NCBI GenBank assembly: GCA_963716175.1
Contig: OY970296.1
Span: 4,224,001 to 4,288,000 of the forward strand
Reading direction: 5' to 3'
DNA from: an uncultured Armatimonadetes bacterium
Lineage (GTDB): Bacteria > Armatimonadota > Hebobacteria > Hebobacterales > Hebobacteraceae
DNA: 64,000 nucleotides
The notes below the pieces were generated by a model. It did not search any database, had not been told where the DNA came from, and saw only the letters and a list, made by a program, of their open reading frames with translations. Position numbers and translations under genes: made by a program. Of the stretch, positions 58,214 to 64,000 are shown piece after piece (within the stretch, counting starts at the first letter, position 1; each line of letters begins with the position of its first letter).

Positions 58214-59941
58214 CTATCCGGTGGTCTCGGCCACGAAGCGGACGTTCTGCCAGGTGGCTCCGCTGTGGTTGATCACGCGGAAGAAATCGTAGACGCTGCC
58301 GAAGAGACCCGGTTTCTCCTCTAGCTCGACGGTGTATTGGCTGGGCGCGATCTCCTTGCCCTCACTATCGAAGAGGCTGACGCGAAACGGTTCCCCGAGG
58401 CGAGTGACCAGCCACAGCGACCGCTCTCCGTGGTCGAGCTGGGGTTTCCCCTCGCGCTCGCAGTTGCCGGTGCCCTGCTCGCCACTGGTGAAGCCAAGCA
58501 CCAGGCCCTCCACGCGGTGCGATAGGCGAGCGGTTTGCCGCTCCACCGCGAACCTGCCCTCCTCGATTTGGCTCAGGTCGAACTGGCGGCCGGCAGCGCC
58601 CGGTCCCAGGTACAGGCGGCCGCCGCCGCGCAGCCCCGATTTCCCGGGACTCTCATACACCCGGCCGGCCGCGTCCACCAGCCAGATCCCCTGCTCCGCG
58701 GTGGCCAACCCGGCCACCGCCCCCAGGTACACGGGCCGGCCGGAGTCATCACTGAGCGGATGCTCGCAGTCAAAGGTGCCGATCGGCAGTCCATCGGGAG
58801 AGAGAACCTGGAGCCGGGGGCTCAGCACCCACTCGTTCTGCCGGTCTCCGACATAGATGTTGCCGGCCGCGTCCACGCCGGCCAGCCACTGGCGCTGCCA
58901 GTGGCCATCGAGCGCGGCCGAGGGAGAGAGCACGGAGTCAGTGAAGCTGCCGCCCCACCCCAGCACAGGGCTGGAGCCAAAGGGAAGCTGGCGGCCGGTG
59001 GCCAGATCGAACTTGCTGATGTAATGCTCGCAGCTCACGAAGAGGCGCCCTCGATCGTCCAGGCGGAGCTGGCGGGGGCGATCGAGCTGGTAGTACATGG
59101 TGTCGGGGTCGTACTTGCCGGCCTTGGTGAAGGCCAGGTCCTCTCGGCCGATCCAACCCCAGGCGACGTGCGGAAAGGGGCGCAGTTCCAGATCGAGGCG
59201 GAAGCGTTGGACTCTCCCCAGGGCCTCATCCGCGACGTAGATCAGGCCGCCGGGCCGGTCAATGACCAGGCCCGAGGCCGAGATGAACTGGCCCGGATCG
59301 CGGCCGACAGGAAGCTCCCACGCGGTGATGCTATCGCCCAGGGGGCCGTGTTTGGAGATCCAGTTGCCTGGATGCAGCAGGTAGAGATTGCCCTCCGCGT
59401 CGAGGTCATGGGCGAGCACCCGGTCCGGGGTGAGGAGGGCGAACTGGTAGTCGAAATGGGAATCGTACTTGAGGATGGCATAGGGCGGGTGGTCCAGATA
59501 GAGCCAGAAGTTGCCGAAGTCATCCCGCCGGAGGTCGGAAACGCCGGGGACGAGGTAGCCAGGGCCGCCGAAGGTGCTGACAGGCACGCCATGGGGCAGG
59601 CGGCGCTTGCCCACCACCACGCCTTTGAGGAGATCGTCGAAGATCACCGGGTCCGCACGAGAGATGCGGGACTCGCACCGCAAGCGGTACTCCGGCCGGA
59701 GATGCCTATCGTCGGCCAGCCGAACCAGGCCGGAGGCGTCGGGCGCCAGATTCTCCCAGATGAAGGTATGCGCGCCATCCTGATAGGTGACGCGGTAGAG
59801 CTCTCCGGGCCGAGCCTGCGTCAGCCGAACTGCGAGCGCCGCGGGCGAGCGGCTGGCGATGGTGAGGCCGGCTGGCGAGGCCGACGCACACCAGCAGCCG
59901 ACGCCGGCGAGCACAAGCAGCGGGAGCAGCCGTCGCCGCAT
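58214..59941 (-). CDS. Secreted NHL/beta-propeller-like protein
   Basis: Signal peptide; repeats D..GN.Y, GQF....GLVID...IYVAD...RVQ.F and LDRP....D..G.LFV. Confidence 0.7.
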   Translation of the reverse strand: MRRRLLPLLVLAGVGCWCASASPAGLTIASRSPAALAVRLTQARPGELYRVTYQDGAHTFIWENLAPDASGLVRLADDRHLRPEYRLRCESRISRADPVIFDDLLKGVVVGKRRLPHGVPVSTFGGPGYLVPGVSDLRRDDFGNFWLYLDHPPYAILKYDSHFDYQFALLTPDRVLAHDLDAEGNLYLLHPGNWISKHGPLGDSITAWELPVGRDPGQFISASGLVIDRPGGLIYVADEALGRVQRFRLDLELRPFPHVAWGWIGREDLAFTKAGKYDPDTMYYQLDRPRQLRLDDRGRLFVSCEHYISKFDLATGRQLPFGSSPVLGWGGSFTDSVLSPSAALDGHWQRQWLAGVDAAGNIYVGDRQNEWVLSPRLQVLSPDGLPIGTFDCEHPLSDDSGRPVYLGAVAGLATAEQGIWLVDAAGRVYESPGKSGLRGGGRLYLGPGAAGRQFDLSQIEEGRFAVERQTARLSHRVEGLVLGFTSGEQGTGNCEREGKPQLDHGERSLWLVTRLGEPFRVSLFDSEGKEIAPSQYTVELEEKPGLFGSVYDFFRVINHSGATWQNVRFVAETTG

Positions 59942-61623
59942 CACAGCCCCTCCCACTCGACTACCGGCCTGACCATGCGGGCACGGGCCGGGCATGGCTT
60001 GGGCCCGGACTCCGTCCTCTCCACTCGGCGTGCGACATCGGTGAGCGCGAGCGCCCGGAGGTAGGGGTCGGAGATGGACTCGGCGAGGTTGACCGGGCTG
60101 GCGGTTCCGCTCAGGGCGAGGGTCGGCAGCAGCCAGCGCAGGGCCAGATCATGGTCAAGGCCGATGGTCGCCAGCCGCAGCGCCTCCTGGGGATCGCGGC
60201 CGGCCAGCAGCATAGAGGCGGCGGCCTGGAGGGCGGCCTCGGTGCGAGAGCTTGACGGAGGCAAGGTTCGCAGCAGGCGCTCCGCGGCGGCAGCGTCGCG
60301 GGGCGCGATGGCGGCGGCCACCTGGGCGCGGAGGCGCAGCGCGCGCTGCGGCTCGGACACCAGGCCGATCAGGGAGGTGGCGGCCTCCGCATCGGTGGCG
60401 GCCAGCCGAAGCGCAAGAGCCTCTGCCGCGCGGACTCGCGCTTGCGGGCTGTCTATCTCCCACAGCAGATCGGCCGCCTGGCGCGAATCCGAGGCCGCGA
60501 TGGCGGGCGCAACTGCGCTCAACGCAGCATCTCGCGCGTCGCCTACAGGCAGCGAGCGAGCCAGCCGCAGAGCGCGCGCCGGGTCGGCCGCAGCAAGCCG
60601 AGCAGTCGCCAGTCGGGCCACCTCCGGCGTCGCGCCGATGTCGGTGAGGAGGCTTTGTGCGGGGCCAGAGGGCGAGGCCACCAGCCGAATCGCGAGCTGG
60701 GCCAGCGCCCAGGCGCGGGGACGGGGGGGGAGGCTGCGGGCGAGGCCAAGGGCGCGCGCCGGGTCAGTGACGGCCAGGGCAACGGCCAACTGTGCCCGCG
60801 CCGAATCGGGCGCTACCTCTACCTCCTGCACCCAGGCGAATGCTCCCTCAGCACTGTCTGAGGCCATCCGGACAGCAGCGCTGGTGAGCAGGGCGGAGCG
60901 GATGAGAGGATCAGTAACCCGCTGGGCAATGCCATAGGCCTCGGCCGGCGGCCGGGCCTCGGCGATCTGCCAGACCGTCCGCTCGCGGAGAGAATCCGAG
61001 CTGATGGCGGCCGCGAGCTTCAGGGCTTGATCCGGGTCAGTCTCGCCAAGGCCGAGGGCGATGCATGCCTGAGCGCGATCTGAAGAAGGCCCGCCGAGCT
61101 GCCAGGAGCGCAGCAGGGCAAGCGCGCCGGCCGGGTCGGAGCCGGCCCTGGCGACGACGACAGCCAAGCGTGCGTCATCGGCCGGGAGCTCCGGGGCAAC
61201 CAGCAGCGCGTCCTGACCCAGCGCGGCCATCTCGGCCAGCAGCAATCGCTCTTCCTGCTCGCGGCGAGAGGGCTCTACTATTCTCAGCAGTAGCTGAGAG
61301 GCGTCGGCCGCTGCCAGCCTCGCGCCAGCGGCATCGGTGCCGGCCAAGCCAAGGGCGATCCACCCCAGGGCGCGAGCCGCGTCAGAGGGCCGCCGGATGC
61401 CGCTGGCGAGTTCGAGGGCGGCATGCGGATCGATGCGAGACAGGCTGCAGGCGATGTACCGGCGGGCAGCAGACTGATCTCCGGCCAGCTCGACGGCCTG
61501 GGCGGCAGTGACAGCCTGACTCAGGCACTCGCGGGCAGTAGCGCCCGCGGCGAACCCTGGGCCGGAGATGAGACCGAGGACAACCAACCCGGCGAAAGAG
61601 AGCACGCGGATGCGATCGGTCAC
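59941..61623 (-). CDS. Secreted Ala-rich helical-repeat protein
   Basis: Signal-like N-terminus and repeated DPxxAxxLA..R..AL units; start (GTG 61623) uncertain. Confidence 0.65.
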   Translation of the reverse strand: MTDRIRVLSFAGLVVLGLISGPGFAAGATARECLSQAVTAAQAVELAGDQSAARRYIACSLSRIDPHAALELASGIRRPSDAARALGWIALGLAGTDAAGARLAAADASQLLLRIVEPSRREQEERLLLAEMAALGQDALLVAPELPADDARLAVVVARAGSDPAGALALLRSWQLGGPSSDRAQACIALGLGETDPDQALKLAAAISSDSLRERTVWQIAEARPPAEAYGIAQRVTDPLIRSALLTSAAVRMASDSAEGAFAWVQEVEVAPDSARAQLAVALAVTDPARALGLARSLPPRPRAWALAQLAIRLVASPSGPAQSLLTDIGATPEVARLATARLAAADPARALRLARSLPVGDARDAALSAVAPAIAASDSRQAADLLWEIDSPQARVRAAEALALRLAATDAEAATSLIGLVSEPQRALRLRAQVAAAIAPRDAAAAERLLRTLPPSSSRTEAALQAAASMLLAGRDPQEALRLATIGLDHDLALRWLLPTLALSGTASPVNLAESISDPYLRALALTDVARRVERTESGPKPCPARARMVRPVVEWEGL

Positions 61624-61895
61624 GACTGCAACCCCTGGGTGGTCAAGACTACTCTCAGTTCTGGCGCCAAGGGTGGAACTCCTGCCCGCGCGCTGGAGTC
61701 CAAAGACAGGAACCACAAAGGGTGTATTCCGATGCTGATGGCGCGGAATCTTGGGCATGGGTCGCATCGGGCATTCCAGCCATGGGTGCGATTGGCTGCG
61801 CACAGGAGGTGAGGCGAGATGCGTCGAACGGCGCCCCTGCAACGAGGATCCAGGCCTCCCGTTTGCTAGGGGTCGCACCGTGACCATGGGGAGGC

Positions 61896-61924
61896 TTGAC
61901 AGAGGCCTGCCCCCATGCTATATT
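61896..61924 (+). promoter_or_regulatory. Strong sigma70-type promoter
   Basis: TTGACA-17 bp-TATATT with an extended -10 TG. Confidence 0.75.
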
Positions 61925-62147
61925 CCGCCCGACCTGGGGGGACCCGGTGGCGTGGGGCACCCGCCGCAGGCCGCGGTGCGCATTCCGGGCTGCGGTGGCC
62001 GCAGAACAGAGACCAGGCTAGCCCTGGCATAGTCCAATCTGGCTTGATCGTGGTAATTAGGGTACAGGACTGGCAGTAGGCCGACGAGGCGGGCCGCGCA
62101 CTACGGCCGCGAGGCGGCTGCTGCGTTGCGAAAGGAGGTGAGGTCGC

Positions 62148-62441
62148 GTGCGGAAGCAGGTGAGTCCGGCAGTTGCGGTCGTGATAGTCGTGGTGGTGGT
62201 TCTGATCGCGGTGTTCGTGCTCATGAAGTTCACGAGGACGAAGAAGCAAACCAACATCATCCCGGGCGTTGGGGTGATAGACTCTAGCGGTCGCGTCGTG
62301 CGAGGTCGCCGTGGCGGTGGGGGCGGCGGCGGTGGCGGTCGCGGCGGCGGTGGCGGCGGTGGCCGGCGCGGCGGCGGCGGCGCACGCGGTGGTGGTGCGC
62401 GGCGCGGCGCGGGCGGAGGTGGTGGCCCAGCCGGGCAGTAG
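62148..62441 (+). CDS. Small membrane-anchored protein with Gly/Arg-rich tail
   Basis: AAAGGAGGTG SD; MRKQVSPAVAVVIVVVVVLIAVFV TM helix; RGG-rich C-terminus. Confidence 0.75.
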   Translation: MRKQVSPAVAVVIVVVVVLIAVFVLMKFTRTKKQTNIIPGVGVIDSSGRVVRGRRGGGGGGGGGRGGGGGGGRRGGGGARGGGARRGAGGGGGPAGQ

Positions 62442-62530
62442 CCCGATTGGGCGGCACGGCCTCGTCGCGGCAAGCCGGGGACAGAGGAGTGACTCTGACC
62501 CAGTGTCGGCGAAGCGCGAGCTGCAGTCAC

Positions 62531-62571
62531 GAGAGGAGCGGCCAGCTTGGGCCGCTCCTCTCTTCACTTTT
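62531..62571 (+). terminator. Intrinsic terminator
   Basis: 13-bp stem GAGAGGAGCGGCC/GGCCGCTCCTCTC followed by TTCACTTTT. Confidence 0.7.
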
Positions 62572-62596
62572 CCCCGAATAGGAAGGAGGCGTGCAC

Positions 62597-63367
62597 ATGG
62601 CCAGGAACGGAGGCGAGAGCCGGGCCCTGGTGGTGCTTGATTCGTCGCAGTCGAAGAGGCTGATCGCCCGCGCCGTGGCCCAACTGCCAGAGGTGCAGGC
62701 AGCACTGAAGGGAGGCCGGCTGATCGTAGGCAACGGCACTGGTAATGCCTTCGTAGTGGAGGAGCTACTGGGCCGGCCGGTCTCGAAATGGCGCTATGCG
62801 GCCGGGGTGATCGCGGAAGGCCGCCTGGCGGTGACGGATGGCGCCACGCGATTGCCTCCGGTTGCGCTCAGGAACGGCGAGCCGTACCCGGGCGGCTGGC
62901 AGGAGCTGTTGCAGGAGTTCGAAAGCCGCGACGTGTTCATCAAGGGTGGCAACGCGCTGGACGCGGAGGGCAATGTCGGGGTGCTGCTGGCGAGCCCGGT
63001 GGGGGGCACGGTGGGTCAGATGGTGGGCGTGGTGTCGGCGCGAGGCTGTCATCTCATCGTCCCCATCGGCCTGGAGAAGATGGTGGGCGATGTGCTGGAG
63101 GCGGCGCGGCACTGCGGCATCGGGGCGACCGACTGGACTGATGGCATCCCTTGCGGCATGGCGGTGCTCCGCAACGCCCGAGTGGTCACGGAACTCGAGG
63201 CGTTCGAGGTCCTGACCGGGGTGGCGGCCTGGCATGTCGCATCCGGTGGCATCTGCGGGTCGGAGGGATCGGTCACTATCGCGCTGGAAGGACCTGCCGC
63301 GGCCGTGCAGCGGGCCTTCCGCCTGGCCGAGTCGCTCGCCGGCGAACCACCGGTGACACGCGAATAG
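62597..63367 (+). CDS. Conserved hypothetical protein
   Basis: AAGGAGG SD; SKRLIA.AV, GTGNAFV.EE, FIKG.NALD, GGT.G, PIGLEK and GG..GSEG motifs. Confidence 0.8.
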   Translation: MARNGGESRALVVLDSSQSKRLIARAVAQLPEVQAALKGGRLIVGNGTGNAFVVEELLGRPVSKWRYAAGVIAEGRLAVTDGATRLPPVALRNGEPYPGGWQELLQEFESRDVFIKGGNALDAEGNVGVLLASPVGGTVGQMVGVVSARGCHLIVPIGLEKMVGDVLEAARHCGIGATDWTDGIPCGMAVLRNARVVTELEAFEVLTGVAAWHVASGGICGSEGSVTIALEGPAAAVQRAFRLAESLAGEPPVTRE

Positions 63368-63385
63368 GGAGGAAGGTGGCGGAGC

Positions 63386-64000
63386 ATGATCTGTGACTCG
63401 CACGCCCACTTGAAACACGGGGACACCGCCCACACCGAGTACTCCGCCGAGGCCATCGTGCGGACCATGGACGCGGTGGGCATTGACAAGTCCGTGGTCT
63501 TCGCCATGTCCACTACCACCAAGAGATCCATCGAGATGGCGGAGCAGGCGGTGGCAGAGTTCCCGGATCGCCTGCTACCCTATGTCTATGCTTTGCCCAG
63601 CTATGAGAGACCGGTCTACCAGGAGCTGGAGGAGGCGCTCGCAAAGCGCGGCTTTCGCGGGATCAAGATCCACGCCGGGGAGTGCAGCCTGGCCAAGTAC
63701 ATCATTGATCCCGTGCTGGAGCTGGCCGGCCGCTACCAGGCGCCGTGTCTGATTGACCTGCTGGGGTGGCACGGAGTGGCGGAGTCGCTGGCTCGGAGAT
63801 TCCCGCAGACCAAGATCATCATCGCCCACCTGGGACGCTACCTGTGCACCGACGAGCAGCTCCTCGACCGCTTCATCGGCCTGGGAGAGAAGTACGAGAA
63901 CGTGTATCTGGACGTCAGTGGGGTGGTGATGCTGGGGAAGATCAAGGAGGCGGTGGCGCGCCTCGGGGCCAGCAAGCTGATCTGGGGGACGGACGGCCCC
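63386..64000 (+). CDS. Amidohydrolase_2 family protein (partial, runs off the window)
   Basis: MICDSHAH, MD.VGIDKSVVF, GFRGIKIH, IIIAHLG, NVYLDVS and IWGTDGP. Confidence 0.9.
   Translation, partial: MICDSHAHLKHGDTAHTEYSAEAIVRTMDAVGIDKSVVFAMSTTTKRSIEMAEQAVAEFPDRLLPYVYALPSYERPVYQELEEALAKRGFRGIKIHAGECSLAKYIIDPVLELAGRYQAPCLIDLLGWHGVAESLARRFPQTKIIIAHLGRYLCTDEQLLDRFIGLGEKYENVYLDVSGVVMLGKIKEAVARLGASKLIWGTDGP

Noticed and set aside
62305-62430. GGC/GGT microsatellite as a non-coding repeat
   Set aside because: Explained as Gly codons of the 62148-62441 CDS.

Overview
GC-rich (roughly two-thirds G+C by eye) bacterial chromosomal window with about 62 protein-coding genes. I found no rRNA, tRNA, CRISPR array, prophage or transposase. 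Gene content combines a diderm marker (TolC) with Terrabacteria-type genes (yggS-sepF-proC-yggT, cdaA-cdaR) and DUF4838/DUF6785-like proteins, which suggests an Armatimonadota-like lineage (inference only). From left to right: a secreted-glycan/sulfatase/membrane-protein cluster (0.2-9.6 kb); a polyol/ketose catabolic operon (10.9-15.3 kb); MarR plus a TolC-MacB-type exporter with three periplasmic adaptors (15.6-24.4 kb); housekeeping genes (csp, RRM protein, pdp, PGI/PMI, rpsF-ssb-rpsR, yggS-sepF-proC-yggT, ileS-dksA-lspA-lgt-rluD-gcvH, hsp20, HIT-cdaA-cdaR, metG, icd, phoA); and uncharacterised secreted proteins. Six genes carry seven frameshifts, three of them in G/C homopolymers, so these are probably long-read errors. 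The most unusual signals are non-coding: (1) nested palindromic elements of several families, including a MITE with 15-bp TIRs and a TACA duplication; (2) one palindromic element inserted in-frame inside a CDS; (3) REP ends that supply stop codons; (4) an S6:S18-type leader followed by an apparent ATT start for rpsF; (5) non-canonical HIGH motifs in both IleRS (HLGQ) and MetRS (TVGT).
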